NCBI GenBank assembly: GCA_963932905.1
Contig: CAWVRN010000001.1
Span: 64,001-128,000, forward strand
Source of the DNA: an uncultured Bdellovibrio sp.
GTDB taxonomy: Bacteria > Bdellovibrionota > Bdellovibrionia > Bdellovibrionales > Bdellovibrionaceae
Direction of reading: 5' to 3'
DNA: 64,000 bases
The stretch's first letter is position 1; the number at the start of each line of letters is the position of its first letter. Position numbers and translations under genes: made by a program. Below, piece after piece: positions 38,225-47,530 of this stretch. The notes under the pieces were generated by a model. That model worked only from the letters and a program-made list of their open reading frames with translations. It ran no database searches and was not told where the DNA came from.

Positions 38225-39139
38225 TTACTCCATGGTTTTGGACATCTCAAAGGCTTGACCACCGCCCAAGATAAGGATCAGCAGCAGAACAACCGCTATC
38301 AAAACATACTTAAAAAAGTTTCCTAACGTAAACGATTCCTCGTCTTGAGCGAGAACTTTTTTCCTCGCTTCAGGAGGCGGTTTTACAATCGATTTTCTTC
38401 CAGGAACTGAAAATTCTTCACTGCTTTTGGGAACTGACCTTGGGGAAGATTGTATTTTTCTCTCAATCTTTTTCTTTTCATCTTCAGTCATACCTGTAAC
38501 GTATATTCCACGCCCATTTTTACTTGATAATTGCGTTGTTTTTTGCCGAACTTTGAAAAAACGATCGTCTTTACTATTCAGATTACTCACGTATCGTGTT
38601 CCGCCGCCACCAGCATCATCATTGGCGCCACCGGAGCCACCATCAGACGATCTCTTTAAAAACGAGCTTTTGCCAAAAGCGCCGCGACGACTGCGTGAAC
38701 CCGCATAGCTGTTGCCACCGCCGCCGCCATTGACAGAACTGCCATCACCAGAAGCGCCGTCTGGATTACTGCCATTAGCTGACGTATTACCGTTGCTATT
38801 TGTTCCATTGCCGTTGCTACCGTTATTTCCATTTCCACCGTTTGACCCAAGTGTACCATTACCCGCGGTGGCCTTGCCGCCAGTGAGTGAAAAACTACAT
38901 TTTGATTCCGTATCTTTCATTGTGTTTTCAACTCTGATGGCCGGCAGCTCACCGGATGTCAGTAAACATGCGACGTAGGTGCCCATAAAGTTTTGCAAGA
39001 AATTCTGCATTGGTTTAAAAAGATTTGCCATCGCTAACAAAATCATTGTTACCGTAATAAATAGCAGCAAGAGGTATTCAACCATACCTTGCCCTTTTTG
39101 ATTTAATCGTGATGAGTACTGAATTTTGGACTCGACCAT
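38225..39139 (-). CDS. Flp/TadE-like pseudopilin with a Gly/Asn-rich extension and a C-terminal TM
   Basis: Class III signal KG|QGMVEYLLLL. Confidence 0.7.
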   Translation of the reverse strand: MVESKIQYSSRLNQKGQGMVEYLLLLFITVTMILLAMANLFKPMQNFLQNFMGTYVACLLTSGELPAIRVENTMKDTESKCSFSLTGGKATAGNGTLGSNGGNGNNGSNGNGTNSNGNTSANGSNPDGASGDGSSVNGGGGGNSYAGSRSRRGAFGKSSFLKRSSDGGSGGANDDAGGGGTRYVSNLNSKDDRFFKVRQKTTQLSSKNGRGIYVTGMTEDEKKKIERKIQSSPRSVPKSSEEFSVPGRKSIVKPPPEARKKVLAQDEESFTLGNFFKYVLIAVVLLLILILGGGQAFEMSKTME

Positions 39140-39166
39140 GACCTGCTTTCTTGTATAATAATACCA

Positions 39167-40363
39167 ATGCCTCTACTAAATTACGATTCTCAAAGATCCA
39201 ACACCTGTCTAAAGATTGTTCTATCGGTAATCTTTGTCTCTATTTCGGCATTTTCAGAAGAAGAGCTAGTCCTGGACGAAATAGAAGATGCAAAAATCGA
39301 AAGTCCAGCGACTCAAAACAAGACAAAGCCCATAGAAAAACCAGCAACGAAACTACTTCAACCCTCCGCGCCTCAGCCAGCCGCGTCTCAGCTTGAGACA
39401 ACGGCTGCAAAGCCGGCACCCAAGCCAAGTACAGCTCCTATAGCAGCGCCAGTAAAAGAAAGTTATGCTACTCAGGCCACTAAATTAATTTTAGAAAAAA
39501 AGTATCAACAGGCAACTGAGATACTATGGAAAAACATCGAACACCTTACAGAAACCGAAATGATTCTTTTAACGAAGGCCCATTATCTTAATAAAGATTA
39601 TTTCGAAACAATGAAGGCTGCCAATCTAGCTTTGGCAAAAAACGAGCAAAATTTTGAAGCCCTTACCTATTTGGGCCTGGCCCAACTAAGAAGACGTAAA
39701 GATCGCGAAGCTAAAGAGTATTTCCGCCGAGCCAATGAAGCCAATCCTACTTACTTGCCCGCAATTAATGGCCTAGTGGAAATCTACGAGAAAAGTAACA
39801 ACTACTACGAGTTACGTTTAGTTTACTTGGACTTGATTAAACACACGGGTGAAAAACCAGAATTTCTAACTAAACTTTGCGATATCAACACAAAAGACGG
39901 GATCACGGAACAAGCACAAACTTACTGCCGTAAAGCCATTCAAGCCTCTCCGGACGTTCCAGAAAACTATTCAAACTTAGGGATCGTATATAAAAATATT
40001 CATGACCTTCCTAAGGCAAAACAACAATTGCAAATCGCGGCAGACAAATTTCCTAAATCGGACATAAATCAACTCAAATATGCTCAATTTTTGGAAGAAC
40101 AGAAAAATTATATAGAGGCATTCAAGTACTACGGTCGCTGTGTAAAGATTAACGAGTTTGTTGAAAACTGCTGGGTTGGCTATACGTCTTCAAGTTACCA
40201 AATCCAAAAATTTTCCGAAACTCTGGTAGGCCTAAAAAAAGCCTGTAACTTTAATAAAAAGCACTCGTTTTTAGGCCGCAAAGCTTCTTCTTTTGCGCGA
40301 TCTTCTAAGCAAGAAGACTGGGCAAAGAAGATTGATACTTTAGCCGAAATCTGCGGAAATTAG
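39167..40363 (+). CDS. Exported TPR protein
   Basis: Hydrophobic leader ending SAFS; Pro/Ala linker; multiple TPR units. Confidence 0.8.
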   Translation: MPLLNYDSQRSNTCLKIVLSVIFVSISAFSEEELVLDEIEDAKIESPATQNKTKPIEKPATKLLQPSAPQPAASQLETTAAKPAPKPSTAPIAAPVKESYATQATKLILEKKYQQATEILWKNIEHLTETEMILLTKAHYLNKDYFETMKAANLALAKNEQNFEALTYLGLAQLRRRKDREAKEYFRRANEANPTYLPAINGLVEIYEKSNNYYELRLVYLDLIKHTGEKPEFLTKLCDINTKDGITEQAQTYCRKAIQASPDVPENYSNLGIVYKNIHDLPKAKQQLQIAADKFPKSDINQLKYAQFLEEQKNYIEAFKYYGRCVKINEFVENCWVGYTSSSYQIQKFSETLVGLKKACNFNKKHSFLGRKASSFARSSKQEDWAKKIDTLAEICGN

Positions 40364-40899
40364 TTATTTTCTGAATGATGAAAAAGTTCTTTAATGCCGG
40401 GAGTGATCGACCTGATCACTTCGAATTCAAAACCAATCTTACCTTGGGCCTTCCTGTTCTCTAAAATGACCTGCAGTTGATCCGAATGAGCGTCGGCACC
40501 TGTTAGCAGCAATAAAACTTTCGGCTCGCTATAGCGTAATAGACGCAAATCTACGATAGGGTATTGTTCTAGGTCGATCGTTTGCAAAAATTCGAATACA
40601 TCACCGATAAACGAGGTCTCGACAGAAAGCATAAAATCAGCAACCTTGTTTGAACTTAGGCTCAAATAGCTTTCAACGACTTGTTTTTTTAAACCTGGAA
40701 GCCATGTTTTTTTATGGCCCGGTTTTATTTTTAAATCAGCCACCAGTTTTTCGCCGCCGTTTTCGAAATGCACTAGGACTTGTGACCATTTGCCAATAAC
40801 AGAACAATCTAGTAAATGCCCACCACCAGCCGCTAATTGATTAGCAACGTTAAGCGCCTCACCATAGCTCTCTGTCCATAAGACAAACAAATTTATCAC
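40360..40899 (-). CDS. Hypothetical protein; possible divergent tandem-BMC (PduT-like)
   Basis: ATGA overlap with the rimO stop; by-eye similarity to PduT architecture (see findings). Confidence 0.7.
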   Translation of the reverse strand: MINLFVLWTESYGEALNVANQLAAGGGHLLDCSVIGKWSQVLVHFENGGEKLVADLKIKPGHKKTWLPGLKKQVVESYLSLSSNKVADFMLSVETSFIGDVFEFLQTIDLEQYPIVDLRLLRYSEPKVLLLLTGADAHSDQLQVILENRKAQGKIGFEFEVIRSITPGIKELFHHSENN

Positions 40900-42296
40900 T
40901 GGATTATCTCGCCGGCCTCACTGATTTCAACGATCTCGCCGATTAAATCATACTCAAGGCTGTCAGTAATGCGAACTTTAACAATTTGGCCAACATCCGC
41001 AGTACCTGAATTGATCAACGTTACACCGTCAATATCGGGCGCCTGCTGTGAATTACGACCTTGCAATAGAAGATCTGTTTCTTCACTAAGGCCCTCAACT
41101 ATTACGTCTAACACTTTACCGATCATACGCTTTTGAAGTTTCTTAGAAATTTTCTGTTGAGTCTTCATTAGAGTATCATGACGACGCTGTTTAGTTTCAT
41201 CATCTAACTGATCAACCATTTTACCCGCTGGCGTATTTTCCTCTGGCGAGTAAGAGAAACAACCGACACGGTCAAATTCATTTTCTTTGATGAATTCCAC
41301 TAATTCATTGAATTGCTCCTCTGTTTCCCCAGGGAAGCCAACGATAAACTGAGTTCTAATAATCGCCTCTGGCATCAATGTTCTGATGTTTTTAACAACC
41401 TCAGTGATTTCCTCTTTGGTCATCTTACGATTCATTTTCTTAAGCACTTCGTTGTTGATATGTTGAAGAGGCATATCGAAATATTTCACGATTTTTTTAG
41501 AATTTTTTATTAGTTTTAATGTCTCCATATCAAGTCCATCTGGATATAAGTACAACAAACGAATCCATTGCAATCCTTCAACTTGATCAAGAGCTTTTAG
41601 CAATTCATACGGCGACTCTTTCGCTTCTGGATTCTTGCGTTTTAAATCCCAACCGTAATCCGTAAAGTCGTGTGAAATAATGATGATTTCTTTTACACCA
41701 CCGGCAACAAGAAGCTTAGCTTCGTTCACGACGTTGTCGATTGTACGCGATTGCAGGTTTCCGCGAATTAATGGAATCGCACAGAATGCACAACGCTTCA
41801 AACAACCTTCGGAAATTTTCAAATAGGCACGGTGTTTTGGCTGCGTATTCACACGTGGGGTTGATGAATCTTGCAAGTATGTTGGCAAGTTAAAGAATGT
41901 CTTCTTTTCACTGCCTTTCTTATTTTCATCTAAGATTTTATTAATATTTTGGAACTCCCCTGAACCCACAAATAAATCCGCTTCTGGTAATTCATCAACG
42001 ATGTCAGACTTATAGCGTTGAGTTAAACAACCGGCAACCACGAGACGTTTGATTTTGCCTTGCTTTTTCAGCTCACCCATTTCAATGATTCTTTGAATTG
42101 ATTCACGTTTTGAATCTTCAATGAAACCACACGTGTTAATGATCACGGTGTCCGCTTCCTCTTCTTCAGCCACGATTTTGTAGCCGTCTTTCATTAAGGT
42201 ACCGACCATAATTTCTGTGTCGACTAGGTTTTTAGGACAGCCTAAGCTAATGAAGTGGACTTTGTTTTCGGTCGTTGGCTTTTCAACTTGTTTCAT
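40896..42296 (-). CDS. rimO: Ribosomal protein S12 methylthiotransferase
   Basis: SLGCPKNLVD, NTCGFI, KISEGC..RCAFC, APDIDG. Confidence 0.96.
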   Translation of the reverse strand: MKQVEKPTTENKVHFISLGCPKNLVDTEIMVGTLMKDGYKIVAEEEEADTVIINTCGFIEDSKRESIQRIIEMGELKKQGKIKRLVVAGCLTQRYKSDIVDELPEADLFVGSGEFQNINKILDENKKGSEKKTFFNLPTYLQDSSTPRVNTQPKHRAYLKISEGCLKRCAFCAIPLIRGNLQSRTIDNVVNEAKLLVAGGVKEIIIISHDFTDYGWDLKRKNPEAKESPYELLKALDQVEGLQWIRLLYLYPDGLDMETLKLIKNSKKIVKYFDMPLQHINNEVLKKMNRKMTKEEITEVVKNIRTLMPEAIIRTQFIVGFPGETEEQFNELVEFIKENEFDRVGCFSYSPEENTPAGKMVDQLDDETKQRRHDTLMKTQQKISKKLQKRMIGKVLDVIVEGLSEETDLLLQGRNSQQAPDIDGVTLINSGTADVGQIVKVRITDSLEYDLIGEIVEISEAGEIIQ

Positions 42297-42955
42297 AACG
42301 TAATCACCTGTGCGTCTTTTGGAGGCGCGTAGTTAAACAATTTCGATTTTTCTTTTTTGCTAAATTCAACGTTTTTAAAATTCATATCGGTTTGGTTGCC
42401 GATATCGTCTTTGAACGAAACCGCGCTGATTTTTTTGCCCGCGATATGAATAACTAGATCTTTAATTTGCAGATCACTGCCTTTCGGTTCTAAGAAATAC
42501 AATTTCTCATCTTTCAAAGACTCTGTCTTTAGAACTTTAAAATTCTTTTTTACTTCAGACGTTCCAAGCAGTGTAGCCACCAAGATTTGTTTTTTTGTAT
42601 TCTTGTCTACTTTTGATTTTGCTACTTGAATCGGTCCCGGTAGCTCTGCACTCGGATGTTGTACATTCCAAATTGTCTTTCCATCAAAAATAATTTGAGT
42701 TTTTTCCGGAGTATCTGTGTCCCAGCGAAATTTTGATTGTGACAAATAAATCTTGCCAACAAATTTTGTTTCTTTGCTTAGGACTTTTGATTTTACTGTC
42801 TTCACAACATCCATACTGACTAATTTTGAGTTGCGATATTTTGAAACCACTTCGTCGAGTGACGAAGTAGCCGCGTCAGCAGATACATTTAAGAAAAATG
42901 TAAAAAACAAAAAAAGAAGAGGAATAATAAATTTCATCATTCCTTTATATATCAA
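42293..42955 (-). CDS. lolA: Outer-membrane lipoprotein carrier LolA
   Basis: Signal peptide; KFRWD...IIFDGKTIW; LFNYAPPKDA; start may be the later MMK. Confidence 0.82.
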   Translation of the reverse strand: MIYKGMMKFIIPLLFLFFTFFLNVSADAATSSLDEVVSKYRNSKLVSMDVVKTVKSKVLSKETKFVGKIYLSQSKFRWDTDTPEKTQIIFDGKTIWNVQHPSAELPGPIQVAKSKVDKNTKKQILVATLLGTSEVKKNFKVLKTESLKDEKLYFLEPKGSDLQIKDLVIHIAGKKISAVSFKDDIGNQTDMNFKNVEFSKKEKSKLFNYAPPKDAQVITL

Positions 42956-42968
42956 ACACTTAGGGTTT

Positions 42969-43664
42969 TCACTCTCTAATTATTAACGATAACGCTTTTA
43001 CATGGCCTAGTTTCTTTAGATGGGTCTGTGCTGCCTGGATCGTTGTTCCAGTCGTTATTATGTCATCCACAAAATAGACGTGGGAAAATTTTTCATCTAT
43101 GTCTTGCCTTAAAACGAACTTATTTCCAATAAGGGTTTGCCGTTCGACCCGATTCATGCGTTTTTGCTCTTTAACATCTAGTCGCTGAAGCGCACCCAAT
43201 ACAGGTATTCCCGTCACCCGAGACAGAGAGCTTGCAAATAGAAAAGCATGATCTTTGATATCATTAATAGCCGGACAGGGTACAAACACCGATGATACAG
43301 CGGGCGTGTCGTGTTTTATCCACTCGGCCAAAAACCGCTCTGCGTAGTGATTCCAGGCCTTTTGCTGCCATTGACCCTTTAGAGCAAGAGCCAATCGATT
43401 CAATATTCTGTTTCTATCGCGTTGCCATCGAAACAACGACAAGCAGGGAACGTTCTTAATTTCTCTAGGCTGTTCCATGGAATTTCCAGCGACGGCAAAC
43501 AGTTTTTGTTCGCATTGATAACATAATAATGAACCTCGCACGCTGAACGAGTTACAATGCAGACACGAATGAAGGCCGATAGATAGAAATTCTGGAAACA
43601 TTCTTTTTCTGTTCTGCGAATTTGAAACCCATGTATAAATCGATACCGCGAACAGGGGGTTCAA
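42969..43664 (-). CDS. comF: ComF-family phosphoribosyltransferase-fold protein
   Basis: CxxC...CxxC zinc motif; VDDIITTGTT; start uncertain. Confidence 0.8.
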   Translation of the reverse strand: MNPLFAVSIYTWVSNSQNRKRMFPEFLSIGLHSCLHCNSFSVRGSLLCYQCEQKLFAVAGNSMEQPREIKNVPCLSLFRWQRDRNRILNRLALALKGQWQQKAWNHYAERFLAEWIKHDTPAVSSVFVPCPAINDIKDHAFLFASSLSRVTGIPVLGALQRLDVKEQKRMNRVERQTLIGNKFVLRQDIDEKFSHVYFVDDIITTGTTIQAAQTHLKKLGHVKALSLIIRE

Positions 43665-43695
43665 ACTGTTTGGTATGATTTCGAGAACTGGCTTT

Positions 43696-44166
43696 TTAAG
43701 GGTTATGATAAGGAAGATTTTTTAGAATCGTAAAACCACGATAGATTTGCTCAAGCAAAACTACCTGCGCCACCAGATGATTCAAGGTAAATGGGGACAA
43801 ATTAACTTTTAACGACGCTCGTTTTTTTATTTCGTCACTTACGCCATAGGGCCCACCGATTAAAAAATAGACCTGCTTTTTCCCCGATCCCAGAATTCGG
43901 TTTAAATGTTCCGAAAATTTAACGGAATCCATTGTTTGGCCTTTTTCGTCTAGCAAAACCAAAAAATCGTCAGGTTTAAGAATATCTAGTACAGCCTGGC
44001 CTTCTTTGCGAACACGGACTTCGCGTTGATCGCGATCATTGGTCTGAGCTTTTAAGGTTTTAACTTCAAATGGCAGAAAGTGAGAGATTTTTTCTGTGTA
44101 GACGTCATTGGCGTTTTGAAACCACGGTTCTTTACTAGTTTGAAAATTAAGTAAAACGAGTTTCAT
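43696..44166 (-). CDS. rlmH: 23S rRNA m3-pseudouridine methyltransferase
   Basis: LDEKG, FLIGGPYG, LLEQIYRG, PYH. Confidence 0.95.
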   Translation of the reverse strand: MKLVLLNFQTSKEPWFQNANDVYTEKISHFLPFEVKTLKAQTNDRDQREVRVRKEGQAVLDILKPDDFLVLLDEKGQTMDSVKFSEHLNRILGSGKKQVYFLIGGPYGVSDEIKKRASLKVNLSPFTLNHLVAQVVLLEQIYRGFTILKNLPYHNP

Positions 44167-44192
44167 TTACGCCAACTTCTATCGAGTATCGG

Positions 44193-45203
44193 TTACTTCA
44201 ATAAATTATTTTTCAATGGAACAGCATCTTTCCAAAGTCTTTCTAAATTGTATTCTTGGCGAACGAAATCGTAGAAAATATGGATGATCAAACTGCCGTA
44301 ATCGATGACTACCCATCGACCTTCTTCGGTTCCCTCAACACTTTGAGGTAACAAATTAAACTCATCTTTAACAGCACCAATTAACGATTCCGCCAATGAA
44401 ACCGCATGGCGAGTAGACGTACCCGATGAAATCACAGTGTATTCAGCCGGTGCGGACATATTGGTTAAATCATAACTGTGAGTCATGATGCCCTTTTTGT
44501 CGTCTAGAATTTGTGAACAGAATAATGCAAACTGTTTGTAGTCTTTAACTTTCTGACCGAAATCCCGATATAAACCGTGTTCTTTAATGTAGTTTTCAAC
44601 TGATAACGGCAAATATTTAGTAACCGGACGACCTGTACGCAGTTTTTTACGCAATTCCGTCGATGACACTTCGATATCTTCAAGTGTTACAAATTGTATA
44701 CTGCGACCAGTAGTTAATTCGATGAAATTAAATTCCAAGTCAGCCGTTAAATCTTGTAAGAATTTTGGCAAATCAGATTTCTCATGTGGAATTTCGTGAC
44801 CAGGACGAGTTGTTACGATTAAATTCGTCTCTTCCAATATTTTTTTATAATCTTTCCATTTATCAAATGTATCTAAATTGTCTGCGCCCAAAATCAAGAA
44901 CAACTCTTTCGCTTCATACTGTTTACGATATTCTGCGATCGTGTCTTTCATGTAGCTCATACCCTTACGAGTAAGTTCTTGCGTGTCGACTTCAAAATGT
45001 TTTTCGTAACCCTGAACAGCGGCTTTGATCATGTTCAACCGATGTTCCGGAGCTGGTCCGTCTAATTCTTTTTTAAGTGGGTTTTGAAATGCTGGAATAA
45101 GAAAAACCTTATCTAAACCCATTTTACGTCTAACAGTTTCAATACTGTTGATATGTCCTAAATGTGGTGGATTGAATGTGCCACCGAATAATCCAATTTT
45201 CAT
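44193..45203 (-). CDS. nadD: NadD-RsfS fusion protein
   Basis: N: GGTFNPPHLGH, GADN, VSSTELR; C: SGTSTRHA, EG...WVVIDYG..IIHIF...R..YNLERLW. Confidence 0.92.
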   Translation of the reverse strand: MKIGLFGGTFNPPHLGHINSIETVRRKMGLDKVFLIPAFQNPLKKELDGPAPEHRLNMIKAAVQGYEKHFEVDTQELTRKGMSYMKDTIAEYRKQYEAKELFLILGADNLDTFDKWKDYKKILEETNLIVTTRPGHEIPHEKSDLPKFLQDLTADLEFNFIELTTGRSIQFVTLEDIEVSSTELRKKLRTGRPVTKYLPLSVENYIKEHGLYRDFGQKVKDYKQFALFCSQILDDKKGIMTHSYDLTNMSAPAEYTVISSGTSTRHAVSLAESLIGAVKDEFNLLPQSVEGTEEGRWVVIDYGSLIIHIFYDFVRQEYNLERLWKDAVPLKNNLLK

Positions 45204-45205
45204 AC

Positions 45206-46237
45206 TTACTTCGCTTCCTGTTCAAATAGATTTTGCGTTAAGAACGTCATCAGCTCGGCGATATTTTTGCCAGTGTAAGCTGAGATTGCGATTGGTTTAA
45301 CGTTAAATCGTTTTTGAAAATCTGATTTTAATTTTGTTAACTGTGCTTCTGATAATGTGTCGATTTTATTCAAAACGGCAAACTGAGGACGATTAGCCAA
45401 TGGGAAGAAACCGTCTTTGTCTTTGTTCGCTTCATCGTACATTTTTAATTCATGATTGATATCTTCGTAGTCTTGCAAAGGATCACGTTGAGATAAACCG
45501 GATGCATCTACTAAATGGATAAAGAATTTTGTACGTTCAATATGTTTTAAGAATTGAATACCTAACCCGATACCTTGATGCGCGCCTTTTACAAGTCCTG
45601 GGATATCCGCTACCACAAAGGATTTAAAGTCCGCCACCTTAACAACGCCTAAATTTGGAACTAGAGTTGTAAAGGGGTAATCCGCAATTTTAGGTTTGGC
45701 CGCTGAAATTCTAGAAATCAATGTCGATTTGCCGGCGTTGGGAAATCCGATGATACCAACGTCTGCAATTAATTTTAGTTCTAAAGTTACTTCAATTTCT
45801 TCGCCGCCTTCACCAGGTTGAGCGTGCTCAGGAGCTTGATTCACAGATGTTTTAAAGAAGTGATTGCCTTTACCACCGCGGCCGCCTTTTAAAAGCGTGC
45901 ATTCGTCCATCTCGGCTAAGTCGGCTAAAACTTGGCCTTCCATGTTTCTGACAATCGTACCTTTAGGTAAAAGCAGAACCATGTCTTCGCCATTAGCACC
46001 CGAAGACTTAGCCCCTTCGCCGGGCAGACCGTTCTTTGCGATGTATTTTTTATTTGCGCGATAATCGACAAGGGAATTTAAATGCGGAGTCGCTCTTAAT
46101 ATAAGATCGCCGCCTTTACCGCCATCACCACCGTCTGGGCCACCACGAGGGGTCATTGCCTCACGACGGAAACTTACTGCACCTGGGCCACCATGGCCGG
46201 AACCAATCACTATTCTAATTTCATCGATAAATCTCAT
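45206..46237 (-). CDS. obgE: GTPase Obg
   Basis: GGPDGGDGG, GFPNAGKST, YPFTT, DIPG, NKID. Confidence 0.98.
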   Translation of the reverse strand: MRFIDEIRIVIGSGHGGPGAVSFRREAMTPRGGPDGGDGGKGGDLILRATPHLNSLVDYRANKKYIAKNGLPGEGAKSSGANGEDMVLLLPKGTIVRNMEGQVLADLAEMDECTLLKGGRGGKGNHFFKTSVNQAPEHAQPGEGGEEIEVTLELKLIADVGIIGFPNAGKSTLISRISAAKPKIADYPFTTLVPNLGVVKVADFKSFVVADIPGLVKGAHQGIGLGIQFLKHIERTKFFIHLVDASGLSQRDPLQDYEDINHELKMYDEANKDKDGFFPLANRPQFAVLNKIDTLSEAQLTKLKSDFQKRFNVKPIAISAYTGKNIAELMTFLTQNLFEQEAK

Positions 46238-46289
46238 AACTTTGAACTACTTTGTAATACGTAAGGTACTCTTTAGACCTTAAAAATAG

Positions 46290-46314
46290 AAAAAGGGAGT
46301 TAAAAACTCCCTTT
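46290..46314 (-). terminator. Intrinsic terminator of rplU-rpmA
   Basis: Minus strand AAAGGGAGTT-ttt-AACTCCCTTTTT. Confidence 0.75.
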
Positions 46315-46346
46315 GTAAAAACTCTATGTGAAAAAACTTGTTTTAA

Positions 46347-46607
46347 TTAAACAGCTTGAGGGTAAACAGAAACTTTTAGTTTCATTTTACTCTCGCGTTC
46401 GAATTTAACAACGCCTTCGATAGTAGAATAGATTGTCCAATCTCTACCAACGCGTACATTGTTTCCCATATGGAATTTAGTTCCACGTTGTCTAACAATG
46501 ATTGTTCCTGGCAATACTTTTTCGCCACCAAATCTTTTAACGCCTAAACGCTGACTATTTGAATCGCGTCCATTCTTGGTACTACCGCCCGCCTTCTTCG
46601 ATGCCAT
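46347..46607 (-). CDS. rpmA: 50S ribosomal protein L27
   Basis: [29 protein letters not shown]. Confidence 0.98.
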   Translation of the reverse strand: MASKKAGGSTKNGRDSNSQRLGVKRFGGEKVLPGTIIVRQRGTKFHMGNNVRVGRDWTIYSTIEGVVKFERESKMKLKVSVYPQAV

Positions 46608-46633
46608 ACTAACTCCCTCTTACCTAATTCCGT

Positions 46634-47227
46634 TTATTTCTTAGTTGCTTTTTTAGATGTCTTTTTAGCTTTAGCTGATTTCTTAGCTGCCGCTTTTTTT
46701 GGAGACACTTTTTTAGCTGCTGCTTTTTTCGCTACTTTTTTAGAAGCTTTCTTCTTAGAAGTTAACGCTTTTGTTTCTTCTGAAGAAACAGATTTGCTGC
46801 TGCCGACTTTAGCTTCAACACGTTCTCTACGTGCTTGAACTTTATCTTGGATTCTTTGCGCTCTTACTGCAGCCATATCAGTTACTACTGGTTGAGAATC
46901 AGAAGTTGCTGTTTTGCCATCAGAAGTGATTGATTTAACAAAAATTTCTGTGAAAGGCTGTTTGTGATTTTTGAATTTTCTGAAAGAATGACGACGTTTC
47001 TTTTTGAATACGATCACTTTTCTGTCGCGACCTTGTTTAGTTACAACAACAGTTACTTTAGCACCTTTTACAAGAGGTTGACCGATAACAGTTGTGTCAC
47101 CGCCAACAACAAGAACTTCAGTTATTTCAAATTCAGTTCCTAAGTTTTGTTCCAATTTTTCAACTTGAACTACATCACCAGGTTTTACAGTGTATTGTTT
47201 TCCACCAGTTTTAATTACTGCGTACAT
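46634..47227 (-). CDS. rplU: 50S ribosomal protein L21 with a long basic C-terminal extension
   Basis: MYAVIKTGGKQY, FKKKRR..HKQPFT; ~95 extra residues. Confidence 0.97.
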   Translation of the reverse strand: MYAVIKTGGKQYTVKPGDVVQVEKLEQNLGTEFEITEVLVVGGDTTVIGQPLVKGAKVTVVVTKQGRDRKVIVFKKKRRHSFRKFKNHKQPFTEIFVKSITSDGKTATSDSQPVVTDMAAVRAQRIQDKVQARRERVEAKVGSSKSVSSEETKALTSKKKASKKVAKKAAAKKVSPKKAAAKKSAKAKKTSKKATKK

Positions 47228-47390
47228 TATTATCCTCCACAGGATTCGGGATTAAACCTCGAAGTAAATGCCATTCCGACGGCACCCTGTCAATATTTTA
47301 ATCAATTAATTTAATGAACTCTATAACAAGCTTTTTGAAAAATCAAAACATCAAATTAAAATTCTTCCCCGAAAGCTTCTCGCGAATATA

Positions 47391-47529
47391 ATTTGGTTCT
47401 AAAGGCGTCAGATGCGAGGCGGAGTATCCAAAAAAGCGCGTAGGCGTACTTTAATGTACGCTGGAGCGATTTTTTGGAGCTGGGGCCGCCGAGGCACAAC
47501 GAAGTCAGCTGGCGGTTTTAGGACCAAAT
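47391..47529. repeat. GC-rich nested palindromic element (MITE/REP-like)
   Basis: Terminal IR ATTTGGTTCTAAA / TTTAGGACCAAAT; inner IR TCCAAAAAA..TTTTTTGGA; core GCGTAC-tttaat-GTACGC. Confidence 0.65.
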
Positions 47530-47530
47530 C

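Noticed and set aside
38640..38880. GC-rich low-complexity stretch with overlapping ORFs on both strands
   Set aside because: Explained by Gly/Asn/Ser codons of the pseudopilin-like gene
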